The notes: generated from the sequence alone by a model not told the origin. A stretch of 63,806 nucleotides of DNA, filler included, from Lama guanicoe (GCA_013239625.1; 77 parts of 75 records of this genome joined end to end with filler, not necessarily neighbours in it); one strand, 5' to 3'; positions 37,480-50,075 are shown, counted from the whole stretch's first letter. Translations and numbers: made by a program.

Positions 37480-37649
37480 CAGACTCTGTCATATATGTAT
37501 GCAGTATGGCTTAATTTATGTAAAATTCCAAACAGGCAAAAATAAATGGCATGTTTCACAGATACATACATTTACAGTAAAAATACAAAGACTAGCAAAG
37601 TACTGGTTAACATAGGACCCATGGTAGGAGTTACCTCTAGAGAAAAAGG
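37480..37649 (+). mobile_element. Ancient L1M-type 3' fragment
   Basis: atttatgtaaaattccaaacaggcaaaa..catacata..gtaaaa..gttacctct. Confidence 0.55.
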
Positions 37650-37749
37650 NNNNNNNNNNNNNNNNNNNNNNNNNNNNNNNNNNNNNNNNNNNNTTAATTA
37701 ATTAANNNNNNNNNNNNNNNNNNNNNNNNNNNNNNNNNNNNNNNNNNNN

Positions 37750-38831
37750 CTTTGTGTGTGTGCTGTTGTTGGAGATACATAGTCCACGCAACCTTATGTG
37801 GGCACAGGTGTTCCCAGGGAGGGAATATACTTTAAAATCCTCCACTGCCAATAGAGAGGCACTCGCTATTACTTGGCTTTTGAGCCCAACCCCCACCTTC
37901 GCTCACTGCTAGGTCTAGGAAAACACTCAGGGAAGATAACCTAAGGGATAATATTAGATCCCAGAAGCTGCTGTCAGTGGGACGTGCCTCCCCACACTCA
38001 GGATACCAGAACAATTCTTCATGTGTGTGCTGGAGNNNNNNNNNNNNNNNNNNNNNNNNNNNNNNNNNNNNNNNNNNNNNNNNNNNNNNNNNNNNNNNNN
38101 NNNNNNNNNNNNNNNNNNNNNNNNNNNNNNNNNNNNNNNNNNNNNNNNNNNNNNNNNNNNNNNNNNNNNNNNNNNNNNNNNNNNNNNNNNNNNNNNNNNN
38201 NNNNNNNNNNNNNNNNNNNNNNNNNNNNNNNNNNNNNNNNNNNNNNNNNNNNNNNNNNNNNNNNNNNNNNNNNNNNNNNNNNNNNNNNNNNNNNNNNNNN
38301 NNNNNNNNNNNNNNNNNNNNNNNNNNNNNNNNNNNNNNNNNNNNNNNNNNNNNNNNNNNNNNNNNNNNNNNNNNNNNNNNNNNNNNNNNNNNNNNNNNNN
38401 NNNNNNNNNNNNNNNNNNNNNNNNNNNNNNNNNNNNNNNNNNNNNNNNNNNNNNNNNNNNNNNNNNNNNNNNNNNNNNNNNNNNNNNNNNNNNNNNNNNN
38501 NNNNNNNNNNNNNNNNNNNNNNNNNNNNNNNNNNNNNNNNNNNNNNNNNNNNNNNNNNNNNNNNNNNNNNNNNNNNNNNNNNNNNNNNNNNNNNNNNNNN
38601 NNNNNNNNNNNNNNNNNNNNNNNNNNNNNNNNNNNNNNNNNNNNNNNNNNNNNNNNNNNNNNNNNNNNNNNNNNNNNNNNNNNNNNNNNNNNNNNNNNNN
38701 NNNNNNNNNNNNNNNNNNNNNNNNNNNNNNNNNNNNNNNNNNNNNNNNNNNNNNNNNNNNGTGCTGCCGTCAGTTTGAAGATCCTCCCCACACTTAGGAT
38801 AGCCGAAGAGTTTTTCGTGTGTGTGCTGGAG
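37750..38831. repeat. Family B satellite
   Basis: 37750-38035 matches 49463-49772. Confidence 0.9.
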
Positions 38832-39819
38832 NNNNNNNNNNNNNNNNNNNNNNNNNNNNNNNNNNNNNNNNNNNNTTAATTAATTAANNNNNNNNNNNNN
38901 NNNNNNNNNNNNNNNNNNNNNNNNNNNNNNNCTATCCCAGTTTGAATTCCTTAATCAAGTCATATTTATGATAAGTCCCTGACACTTTCCCATGAGCACT
39001 CATAGAAACAGAACAGGGCCTGGCAGTGGCTGTGGGCCAGGTTCCTGGGTGAGGGGACTTGCTGGGCCCTTCAGGTTCTGTAGTCTGGCCCGAGCTTAGC
39101 TCCCAGCACGGCNNNNNNNNNNNNNNNNNNNNNNNNNNNNNNNNNNNNNNNNNNNNNNNNNNNNNNNNNNNNNNNNNNNNNNNNNNNNNNNNNNNNNNNN
39201 NNNNNNNNNNNNNNNNNNNNNNNNNNNNNNNNNNNNNNNNNNNNNNNNNNNNNNNNNNNNNNNNNNNNNNNNNNNNNNNNNNNNNNNNNNNNNNNNNNNN
39301 NNNNNNNNNNNNNNNNNNNNNNNNNNNNNNNNNNNNNNNNNNNNNNNNNNNNNNNNNNNNNNNNNNNNNNNNNNNNNNNNNNNNNNNNNNNNNNNNNNNN
39401 NNNNNNNNNNNNNNNNNNNNNNNNNNNNNNNNNNNNNNNNNNNNNNNNNNNNNNNNNNNNNNNNNNNNNNNNNNNNNNNNNNNNNNNNNNNNNNNNNNNN
39501 NNNNNNNNNNNNNNNNNNNNNNNNNNNNNNNNNNNNNNNNNNNCATTCACTCAATTTGCCCCATTTTCAGTATCCACTGTGCTGCAAAACATAGACTAAT
39601 GTTCAGAATATGACAGCAAGGCCTTTCCCGTTCCACAGTCAGAGAAGCATGAATGTGTTATGTTTAATGCACCATATGACACTAAGCAAGGCAGGAAAAC
39701 AGGCTCCTGTGCTTTAAGANNNNNNNNNNNNNNNNNNNNNNNNNNNNNNNNNNNNNNNNNNNNTTAATTAATTAANNNNNNNNNNNNNNNNNNNNNNNNN
39801 NNNNNNNNNNNNNNNNNNN

Positions 39820-40318
39820 CAATAATGCTTTGGCAATTCTAGGTCTTTTATGGTTCCATATAAATTTTGCTATGATTTGTTCTAGTTCTGTGAAAAATGT
39901 CCTGGGTAATTGGATAGGGATTGCATTAAATCTGTAGATTGCCTTGGGCAGTTGTGACCATTTTAACAATATTGATTCTTCCAATCCAGGAGCATAGGAT
40001 ATCTTTCCATTTTTTTAAGTCTTCTTTAATTTTCTTCATCAATGTTGTATAGTTCTCCGTGTATAATTCTTTCACCTCCTTGGTTAGATTTATTCCTAGA
40101 TTATTACTTTGGGTTCTATTTTAAAGGGGATTGTTTCTTTATTTTCTTTTACTGTTGATTCATCATTAGTGTAAAGAAATGCAACAGATTTTTGTACATT
40201 AATCTTGCAACCTGCTACATTTCTGAAAGCTTTGATCGGCTCTAGCAGTTTTTATGTGGACCTTTTATGGTTTTCTATACACAGTATCATGTCATCTGCA
40301 TATAGTGACACTTTTACC
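39820..40318 (-). mobile_element. Young LINE-1 ORF2 (RT and post-RT), 5'-truncated
   Basis: [44 protein letters not shown]; catgtcatctgcata = YADDM on the minus strand. Confidence 0.93.
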
Positions 40319-40748
40319 AATCCAGATTCAAGTGAAGAGAATATAGCCACTGTGTCTTGTTAGGGGAAGCTGTAAACTCAGATTGCAAACAGCATGGATT
40401 TTAAGGAGGTCATCAATTGATGCCATCAATAGAATAAATCAATACATAAGAAACTTGGAAACATTTGGTTAGAAGGATTGAAAATAGTAAACAAAGCCAA
40501 ATGCCAAGAGCTGGGTCGAAATGTAATGAACACAGCAACTTTAATGATAAAGAGAGTTCTGGATAATTAGTAACAGTTCACATGACTATGACTCACATAT
40601 ATTGATGTTTGATTCACAAAAGTGAACGTAGCTCACTTTTAAAGGTACNNNNNNNNNNNNNNNNNNNNNNNNNNNNNNNNNNNNNNNNNNNNTTAATTAA
40701 TTAANNNNNNNNNNNNNNNNNNNNNNNNNNNNNNNNNNNNNNNNNNNN

Positions 40749-41786
40749 GGAAAAGGTGTACCGTTTAGGGAGAAGTCCTCTAAGTATTTCCTCAGTGTAT
40801 CAGGAGGCAATCACTGCTACTTGGCCTGCAAGCCCAACCCCCAGCTTTCCCTCATGGCCTGTCCTAAAGGAACACTCAGGGAACAGAAGCTAAGTGATAC
40901 TAAAAGAACCCAGGTGCTGCTGTCAGTTGGAGGAAACTCCCCACACTCAGAAAACCAGAACAATTCTTCGCGTGTGTGCTGCATGTAGGGAAACAGTCAA
41001 AGCATCATTCAGGGGGCACATTTATTCCATGGTTGTGNNNNNNNNNNNNNNNNNNNNNNNNNNNNNNNNNNNNNNNNNNNNNNNNNNNNNNNNNNNNNNN
41101 NNNNNNNNNNNNNNNNNNNNNNNNNNNNNNNNNNNNNNNNNNNNNNNNNNNNNNNNNNNNNNNNNNNNNNNNNNNNNNCAGGCGCTGCTGTCATTTGGAG
41201 GAGTCTCCACACAATCAGAATACCTGAGCACGTTTCCGTGTGTGTGCTGGAGGTGGGGAAACAGATTCCACGCATCTTTAAGGGGCACAGGTGTTCCAAT
41301 GTTGGGGAAGTATTTTAAAACCGTCCACTACCCACAGAGATGCACTCGCTAATACTTGGCTTTAGAGCCCATCCCCCACCATCGCTTACTGCTAGGCCTA
41401 GGAAAACACTTAGGGAAGTCAAGCTAAGGGATTCTATTACAACCCAGGTGCTGCTGTCAGTTGGAGGAACCTACCCACACTCAGAACCCCAGAACACTTC
41501 TTCCTGTGTGTGCAGGACATGGGGAAAGAGCACACGCATTTTCATGGGTCACAGTAATTCCCAAGTTGTGGGTTGTAGTTTAAACATCTCCACTACCCAT
41601 GGAGAGGCACACGCTAATACTTAGTTTTAGATCCCAAATCCCACTTTCAAAGACACACTGGCCTAGGCAAACCATCAGGGAATACAAGCAAAGGGATTCT
41701 ATTTAAACGAAGACGCTGATATCAGTTGGAGGAACTTCCCCACCCTCAGGATACTGTAACCCAACCTTGTGTGGTGGGGAGATTTG
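40749..41786. repeat. Family B satellite
   Basis: Four cores; 40790-41037 matches 13359-13604. Confidence 0.92.
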
Positions 41787-41886
41787 NNNNNNNNNNNNNN
41801 NNNNNNNNNNNNNNNNNNNNNNNNNNNNNNTTAATTAATTAANNNNNNNNNNNNNNNNNNNNNNNNNNNNNNNNNNNNNNNNNNNN

Positions 41887-42327
41887 ATCTTGCTTCTTTC
41901 CTATTTAGAGTAGACCTGTCAATATTTCTTCTAGCGGGGGTTTAGTGTTGCTAAACTATTTTAGTTTTTGCTTGTCTGTGAAATTCTTTATTTCTCCTTC
42001 TATTCTGAAGGATAGCCTTGCTGGATAGAGTTTCCTAGGCTGCATCTTTTGTTCATTCAGGACTTTGAATATATCTTGCCACACTCCCTTCTGGCCTGTA
42101 GTATTTGTGTAGTGAAATCAGCTGAGAGCCTTATGGGGGTTCCCTTATAACTCACTCTTTGTTTTTCTCTTGCTGCCTTTAGGATCATTTCTTTATCCTT
42201 GAATCTGGCCATTTTGATGATGATATGTCTTGATGTGAGTCTGTTTGGGTTTTTCCTGTTTGGGACCCTCTGAGCCTCCTGTAGTTGAATATCTGATTTC
42301 TTCTTTAGGTTTGGAAAGTTTTCAGTC
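41887..42327 (-). mobile_element. LINE-1 ORF1 3' half
   Basis: Same segment as 12685-13115. Confidence 0.92.
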
Positions 42328-42427
42328 NNNNNNNNNNNNNNNNNNNNNNNNNNNNNNNNNNNNNNNNNNNNTTAATTAATTAANNNNNNNNNNNNNNNNN
42401 NNNNNNNNNNNNNNNNNNNNNNNNNNN

Positions 42428-43145
42428 TAATATTGAATTTAGAAAATACAATATAGAACACAGAATATGGAATGTACAATACGGAATGTCTAATATTGAA
42501 TACAGAGTATAGAATGTAGAACACAGAATGAAGAATATGGAAAACAGAATACAGAAACGAGAATTTAGAACATGGAATGCACAACACAGAATTTAGAATA
42601 TAGAATACCGAATACTAAATATAGAATATGAATATACAATGTANNNNNNNNNNNNNNNNNNNNNNNNNNNNNNNNNNNNNNNNNNNNNNNNNNNNNNNNN
42701 NNNNNNNNNNNNNNNNNNNNNNNNNNNNNNNNNNNNNNNNNNNNNNNNNNNNNNNNNNNNNNNNNNNNNNNNNNNNNNNNNNNNNNNNNNNNNNNNNNNN
42801 NNNNNNNNNNNNNNNNNNNNNNNNNNNNNNNNNNNNNNNNNNNNNNNNNNNNNNNNNNNNNNNNNNNNNNNNNNNNNNNNNNNNNNNNNNNNNNNNNNNN
42901 NNNNNNNNNNNNNNNNNNNNNNNNNNNNNNNNNNNNNNNNNNNNNNNNNNNNNNNNNNNNNNNNNNNNNNNNNNNNNNNNNNNNNNNNNNNNNNNNNNNN
43001 NNNNNNNNNNNNNNNNNNNNNNNNNNNGAATATAGAAAATATAGAATTTAGAACACAGAATTAAGAATATAGAGTATAGTATATAGAACCCAGAACTTAG
43101 AACATGGAGTGCAGAACACAGAATTTAGAATATAGAATACAGAAT
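42428..43145. repeat. AT-rich heptamer satellite
   Basis: agaatat/agaacac/ggaatgc units. Confidence 0.93.
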
Positions 43146-43245
43146 NNNNNNNNNNNNNNNNNNNNNNNNNNNNNNNNNNNNNNNNNNNNTTAATTAATTA
43201 ANNNNNNNNNNNNNNNNNNNNNNNNNNNNNNNNNNNNNNNNNNNN

Positions 43246-44606
43246 CGACGAGCGTTTCCTAAGGTAAATGTGATTCTACCCACTAGCGTCCCATAAGCCT
43301 ATGTTCTTCCCTCTCTCCTTCTCTTCAGATCTGTATGCACAGTGCCAACGGAGGGAAGTGTGTCCATTTTCAGTTGATTTATTTCACACGTCTTTAAACT
43401 TTCTAACCGTTCACAGTACACAGAGACCCACTAAAGGNNNNNNNNNNNNNNNNNNNNNNNNNNNNNNNNNNNNNNNNNNNNNNNNNNNNNNNNNNNNNNN
43501 NNNNNNNNNNNNNNNNNNNNNNNNNNNNNNNNNNNNNNNNNNNNNNNNNNNNNNNNNNNNNNNNNNNNNNNNNNNNNNNNNNNNNNNNNNNNNNNNNNNN
43601 NNNNNNNNNNNNNNNNNNNNNNNNNNNNNNNNNNNNNNNNNNNNNNNNNNNNNNNNNNNNNNNNNNNNNNNNNNNNNNNNNNNNNNNNNNNNNNNNNNNN
43701 NNNNNNNNNNNNNNNNNNNNNNNNNNNNNNNNNNNNNNNNNNNNNNNNNNNNNNNNNNNNNNNNNNNNNNNNNNNNNNNNNNNNNNNNNNNNNNNNNNNN
43801 NNNNNNNNNNNNNNNNNNNNNNNNNNNNNNNNNNNNNNNNNNNNNNNNNNNNNNNNNNNNNNNNNNNNNNNNNNNNNNNNNNNNNNNNNNNNNNNNNNNN
43901 NNNNNNNNNNNNNNNNNNNNNNNNNNNNNNNNNNNNNNNNNNNNNNNNNNNNNNNNNNNNNNNNNNNNNNNNNNNNNNNNNNNNNNNNNNNNNNNNNNNN
44001 NNNNNNNNNNNNNNNNNNNNNNNNNNNNNNNNNNNNNNNNNNNNNNNNNNNNNNNNNNNNNNNNNNNNNNNNNNNNNNNNNNNNNNNNNNNNNNNNNNNN
44101 NNNNNNNNNNNNNNNNNNNNNNNNNNNNNNNNNNNNNNNNNNNNNNNNNNNNNNNNNNNNNNNNNNNNNNNNNNNNNNNNNNNNNNNNNNNNNNNNNNNN
44201 NNNNNNNNNNNNNNNNNNNNNNNNNNNNNNNNNNNNNNNNNNNNNNNNNNNNNNNNNNNNNNNNNNNNNNNNNNNNNNNNNNNNNNNNNNNNNNNNNNNN
44301 NNNNNNNNNNNNNNNNNNNNNNNNNNNNNNNNNNNNNNNNNNNNNNNNGGCGGTCATGTGGCATAGGCTACCCGAGATGGCAGCATTTTGCCATTCAGGT
44401 TATGGTCTATGTCCTGGCACTCCTCCCTGTCCTGCAATATTGCTGCCCGAGATATCAGCTGAAACCCCTCTGGAGGTTCTCTTGTGACTATGGTGATTTT
44501 TTCCAGGCGCGTTTTAAATCACTGGGATGCTCATGAACTTTGTTGATTTTAATAATACAGCAGCCGGTAGGTCTATTGGGATTCCAACACCTTTGGACCC
44601 TGTGTA
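43246..44606 (-). repeat. L1-derived multi-kb repeat unit (scaffold links the ORF1 end to the downstream segment)
   Basis: 43246-43425 is a reverse-complement match to 61700-61875; 44392-44600 is a reverse-complement match to 45020-45230. Confidence 0.85.
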
Positions 44607-44706
44607 NNNNNNNNNNNNNNNNNNNNNNNNNNNNNNNNNNNNNNNNNNNNTTAATTAATTAANNNNNNNNNNNNNNNNNNNNNNNNNNNNNNNNNNNNNN
44701 NNNNNN

Positions 44707-45241
44707 GATAATATCAGGGGTAAAATTCAGTCCTAAGCAGACAAGATAATGCAGAACGACGCGTGAATGACTGTGAAGACAGGGGAACAGAATTCCCTCG
44801 GTCAGAAGCAGACATAGGAAAGCAAGTGCAAACCAATGAAAACATTGCTGTTGAATCCTCGGGTAAGACAAGGCATGAAAGACTAGGATTCGTAAGAGTC
44901 CCAGATGGAAAAGGAAGAGATAAAGAAACAAAAATTTTTGAAATGTTATCTGTAGAAAAATCAGACTGAAACTTGCTGAAAGCCAAGAAAGAATCATCTA
45001 TTTGAATTCAGGAAGTAAACAGGGTCCAAAGGAGGTGGAATCCCAATAGACCTACCAGCAGCTGTATGATTGAAATCAACGAAGTTCATGAGCATCCCAG
45101 GGAATTGAAATGAGCTTGGAGGAATGCAAATTAGTCACAAGAGAATCTCCAGAGGGTTTCAGCTGATATATCGGCAGCAATATTGCAGGACTGGGAGGAG
45201 TGCCAGGACATAGACCATATCCTGAATGGTATTTGGGTATT
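44707..45241 (+). repeat. L1-derived repeat unit, dead ORF1 middle
   Basis: gtcacaagagaatctccagagggtttcagctgat..gagtgccaggacata aligns to L1 ORF1 at 32972-33050; 44707-44815 matches 60136-60245 reversed. Confidence 0.85.
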
Positions 45242-45341
45242 NNNNNNNNNNNNNNNNNNNNNNNNNNNNNNNNNNNNNNNNNNNNTTAATTAATTAANNN
45301 NNNNNNNNNNNNNNNNNNNNNNNNNNNNNNNNNNNNNNNNN

Positions 45342-45946
45342 ACAAGATGCAGCAGCCATTGGGGATGGCAGTTAGCGGTTGGATTCCTGGAGGAATGTTG
45401 ATGTGTACCGCGAGGCTTGTTGTTTCTGGTGGAACCTAGGCAACCGGGCAGAGTTCTGTGGGTGGATCAGTGCGATGGAGGGGCTGCCGCCCTCTGTGGA
45501 GCTTGGCTTAGGTCTTTGGTCCGGGAAGCTGTGTCAGTTCGAGATACTGCTGCTGCCCAAAGACCTCAGTTCACGGGTCAGTTTCCAGAACCTGANNNNN
45601 NNNNNNNNNNNNNNNNNNNNNNNNNNNNNNNNNNNNNNNNNNNNNNNNNNNNNNGGTCCTTTCAGACTTGCCCAGTCCTGTTGAAGTCGACTTTATGGGA
45701 GACATTAAGAGAAGCTGGCCGAACATATGGCTGCACGGATTGAGGAGAGATGCGAACACATTGATGAGAGATGTTCTGCTACAATAGAGAATACTGGCCT
45801 GGAGACAGCTGTAGAGGATAGCAGGCTCGAAAGGCATTCATGAGACATATTGGATCTCGCTGATACTAGCAGAAACATACGGAGGCACAACGTGGAATGG
45901 AGGAAGTTCCTCAAATCTCTGCTCCAAGAACGGGTCCAAGATCCCT
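45342..45946 (+). repeat. L1-derived repeat unit, downstream non-L1 segment
   Basis: 45342-45718 aligns closely with 61900-62270. Confidence 0.88.
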
Positions 45947-46046
45947 NNNNNNNNNNNNNNNNNNNNNNNNNNNNNNNNNNNNNNNNNNNNTTAATTAATT
46001 AANNNNNNNNNNNNNNNNNNNNNNNNNNNNNNNNNNNNNNNNNNNN

Positions 46047-46796
46047 CCCATACTATTTTGATTAGGATAACCTCATTTTGATTACGCTTATCTCATAAAA
46101 TGTGAAAGAGCACAGGACACTTCCTCTGGTGGAAATGGAGCTTCTAACGGTTCTCAGCTCTGCATTCTACTCTATGTTATTTTGGAGTGTTTCCAGAAGA
46201 GCAGAGTGTGAGTGCGCTTGTGCTTTTTAGTGCCACGGGAATGTCCCACTGAAACCAGTTCTTCCAAGAGCTTCTCTGTCTACAGAAACATCAGTGGAAG
46301 CATATCTATGGATATCAGACATCAGGGCCTGCTGGAATGATCCCGCAGCCCGAACTTGCTGTCCTCGCTGCCGAAAAGTGCCAGTGCCATCCAAAATGTA
46401 GCATCCGCTTTTGAGAGATAAACGGAAGGAAATCCTTCCTCTTCTCACGCTGTGGTCTTGGACCACACTTCCTTGTCCTCTCATCCTTGTGGCACGGGTG
46501 CACGAAGGCAACCACANNNNNNNNNNNNNNNNNNNNNNNNNNNNNNNNNNNNNNNNNNNNNNNNNNNNNNNNNNNNNNNNNGGTGTTCATCACAACAAAG
46601 GCAACACCAGCAATTGGAGATAGACCAGACAACACACACAGGAACAGGACATGGCATCAATGTCTAGGAAAATTTGTCCTCACAGAAATCCCATGCAATT
46701 GTGAAGAGCCAAGAGTCTAAAGTTTTCATTTAACCAAGCCCTAGAAATTTACATTAGATACCTGAAATTACCTGACCAGTAGAGATGAAGAAATAC
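46047..46796 (+). repeat. L1-derived repeat unit, upstream segment and ORF1 start region
   Basis: 46607-46796 is a near-identical reverse complement of 60478-60667. Confidence 0.85.
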
Positions 46797-46896
46797 NNNN
46801 NNNNNNNNNNNNNNNNNNNNNNNNNNNNNNNNNNNNNNNNTTAATTAATTAANNNNNNNNNNNNNNNNNNNNNNNNNNNNNNNNNNNNNNNNNNNN

Positions 46897-47377
46897 AAAC
46901 ACTTACACTGGTTTCTCAGTGTGTTTCCAAGTGTCGGTTGGAATTTCTGCACTTTTCACTGTAAAACTGTGATGGAGCTTGTACCTCCCCATGTATATGT
47001 ATGTGGAGTAGTTTGAAACTGGAAAGAAACTTTGCGTTCCCTTTAAGAGGGTTGAAGGACGGTTATCACACACAGTTATTTCTCAGAACTGAGCATGTGG
47101 AGAGACGTTCGTTCATCCAGCACAAAGGGAACGTGTTGCAGGAGAAACACTTTCACTGGTTTCTCAGTCGGTTTCCTAGTGCCGGTTTGATGTTCTTGCA
47201 GTTTTCACTGTAAAACAGATTTGGATATTGTACCTCCCCATATATATGTATGTAGTGGAGTAGGCAACTTATAAAAAACTTTGTATTCCCTTCATGCTTG
47301 GTGAAGAGAAGCTTTCAGACGCACATATCCCTCAGAACTGAGCATTGGAAGAGATGTTCGTTCATCCAGCACAAACG
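46897..47377. repeat. Family C satellite, period 248
   Basis: cactggtttctcagt at 46906 and 47154. Confidence 0.92.
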
Positions 47378-47477
47378 NNNNNNNNNNNNNNNNNNNNNNN
47401 NNNNNNNNNNNNNNNNNNNNNTTAATTAATTAANNNNNNNNNNNNNNNNNNNNNNNNNNNNNNNNNNNNNNNNNNNN

Positions 47478-48176
47478 CAGTGACAGAGGCGGCCTCCCCA
47501 AGGTCAGGGAAGGTGTTTCTCGGACTAACCCATTCAGGGAACACCTGTGAATGAACATAGCTGCGTGAAGTTGTCTCTCGAGCTCCCGCACGCACTGACA
47601 ATTGTTCCGGAAGCCTGAGCGTGGGGAGGTTCCACCAACGGTCGGCAGCNNNNNNNNNNNNNNNNNNNNNNNNNNNNNNNNNNNNNNNNNTTTTTCCTAA
47701 TGTCTCTGTGCCAGGGAATGCTAGGGGTGTTTGTAGGAAATCCCAGTGACAGAGGCTGCGTCCCCAAGGTCAGGAATGGTATTTCCCAGAATTCCCCATA
47801 ACAGGGAATACCTGTGACAGAAGAGAGCTGCGTGGAGTTGTCTCTCGAGCTCCCCACGCACTGACAATTGTTCCGGAATCCTGACCGTGGGGAGGTTCCA
47901 GCAACGGTCGGCAGCGCGTGGGTTCTAACGGAATGCCTAAGCTCGACTCCCCTGGGTTTTTTCCTAATGTCTTTGTGCCAGGGAATGCTAGGGGGTTTGC
48001 AGGAAATCCCAGTGACAGAGGCTGCCTCCCCAAGTTCAGGGAAAGTATTTCTCAAAATTCCCCCTAACAGGGAACACCTGTGACAGAATAGAGCTGCGTG
48101 GATTTGTCTCTTGAGCTCCCCCACGCAGACAATGGTTCCGGAATCCTGACCGTGGGGAGGTTCCAGCAACGGTCGG
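47478..48176. repeat. 267-bp satellite (family A)
   Basis: cagtgacagaggc repeated three times at about 266-267 bp spacing. Confidence 0.95.
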
Positions 48177-48414
48177 NNNNNNNNNNNNNNNNNNNNNNNN
48201 NNNNNNNNNNNNNNNNNNNNTTAATTAATTAANNNNNNNNNNNNNNNNNNNNNNNNNNNNNNNNNNNNNNNNNNNNTTATGGAACCACAGGAGTTTGAAG
48301 CTGGAGGGACAGAACTCATCTCTCAGCAGCTGAAAGGAGTTGTCAGGGCCAACACTTGGACATTTGTTGGCTTCTGGAAGGAGTGCGATCCTGTGATAGA
48401 CACATCGGGAAAGA

Positions 48415-48535
48415 GGGGAGAGGGTATAGCTCAGTGGTAGAGCGGGTGCTTAGCATGCACGAGGTCCTGGGTTCAGTCCCCAGCACTGAAATAAACCTAA
48501 TTATCTCCCCACAATAAATAAATAAATAAAAATAG
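48415..48535 (+). mobile_element. tRNA-derived SINE (camelid Vic-type) with A-rich tail
   Basis: tagctcagtggtagagc (A box), gggttcagtccc (B box), then (aaat)n tail. Confidence 0.88.
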
Positions 48536-49274
48536 TAATGAAAAATACTTTAAAAAAAATTTTGGAAAAGAAAAACCTGGGACAGATGAGATCCTTACCT
48601 GCCCAGGCCCTTAAATTCTCATTGTCTATCCCTGGACACAAGCACAGCCTTTCCGAGGTATCTGGGACTCTCAAAAGCCCCCCAGCCCTGGGAGACTGGC
48701 CCCCACAGTGGAAGGATCTTCCAGCTCTCAGGAGGTGGGTGAGGGCTGGGCCCCGCTGCCCCATGGACACACATCCTTGGTGTCTCCTTCCTTGTGACAC
48801 CTGGGCCTCGGTCTCAAGTCTACACTTTGTAATGACTCCCCTGAGTGAGGAACATAGCACTGGGCATCTAGAAAAGATGTTATGAATAGCTGTCAGTTGA
48901 TCTTAAAGCTTTGACTTATGAGTGGATGGCTGCTTCCGAAAAATAGATAAAAAGACGGCCTGTAGCTCAGCTGAGTGCAGTCTCCTTAGTTCCAGCCTGG
49001 AATTCTGCACTGTTGACTGGAATTCTGCACTGTTGCTTTGGTCTGGTCCTTTTAGAAATAGGGGTAATGTCTTTCAGTCGGTCCACTGGGTGGACTTTGG
49101 AAGGTGGAAGATGCCTGGCTCCTCACACTCCATCCCATCACATCCAGACTCCAGACACTGACCTCTCCTTGGTGNNNNNNNNNNNNNNNNNNNNNNNNNN
49201 NNNNNNNNNNNNNNNNNNTTAATTAATTAANNNNNNNNNNNNNNNNNNNNNNNNNNNNNNNNNNNNNNNNNNNN

Positions 49275-49782
49275 CCTCTAAGTAATTCCTCAGTAAATCA
49301 GGGGGCACTCGTTGCTACTTGGAATTCAAACCCAAACCCCACTTTCCCCCACCCTCCAGCCTAGGCATGCCATCAGGTAAGACAAGCTAAGGGATTCTAT
49401 TAGAACCCAGGCGCTGCTGTCAGTTGGAGGAGGCTCCCCACACTCAGGATACATGAACAAGTCTTTGTGTGAGTGCTTTTGTTGGAGATACATAGTCCAC
49501 GCAACTTTAAGGGGGCACAGGTGTTCCCAGGGAGGGAATGTTCTTTAAACACCTCCACTGCCCATAGAGAGGCACTCGCTATTACTTGGCTTTAGAGCCC
49601 AACCCCCACCTTCGCTCCCATCCCGTCCTTGGAAAACACTCAGGGAAGATAACCTAAGGGAACCAATTACAAGGGAAGATAAGGGACCCTATTAGATCCG
49701 AGATGCTGCTGTCAGTGGGAGGTGCCTCCCCAAACTCAGGATACCAGAACAATTCTTCATGTGTGTGCTGGAGGTGGGGAAA
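49275..49782. repeat. Family B satellite
   Basis: Matches 28577-28883 and 37750-38035. Confidence 0.92.
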
Positions 49783-49911
49783 NNNNNNNNNNNNNNNNNN
49801 NNNNNNNNNNNNNNNNNNNNNNNNNNTTAATTAATTAANNNNNNNNNNNNNNNNNNNNNNNNNNNNNNNNNNNNNNNNNNNNTATTATAACTGCGTCGCG
49901 TAGTGCTAGTT

Positions 49912-50075
49912 TAAGATCCTCGGTTGATTGAATTTGAGGATGTAAAGCCCACGGATGCAGATATGGGGGGCCAAGTAGGGAACTTGAGCATCCTTGGATT
50001 TTGGTGTCCACAGGGGGTCCTGGGAAAAAACCCTCCCCTGCTCCCACCCCCAAGCAGATACCTAAGGACAACAGT
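49912..50075 (-). mobile_element. MER2/Tigger-type non-autonomous DNA transposon fragment
   Basis: acttgagcatccttggattttggtgtccacagggggtcctgg..gatacctaaggacaacag. Confidence 0.75.

Noticed and set aside
48420..48490. tRNA-Ala-like gene
   Set aside because: The acceptor stem does not pair, an A-rich tail follows, and a second decayed copy lies at 8877-8950; this is a SINE head.
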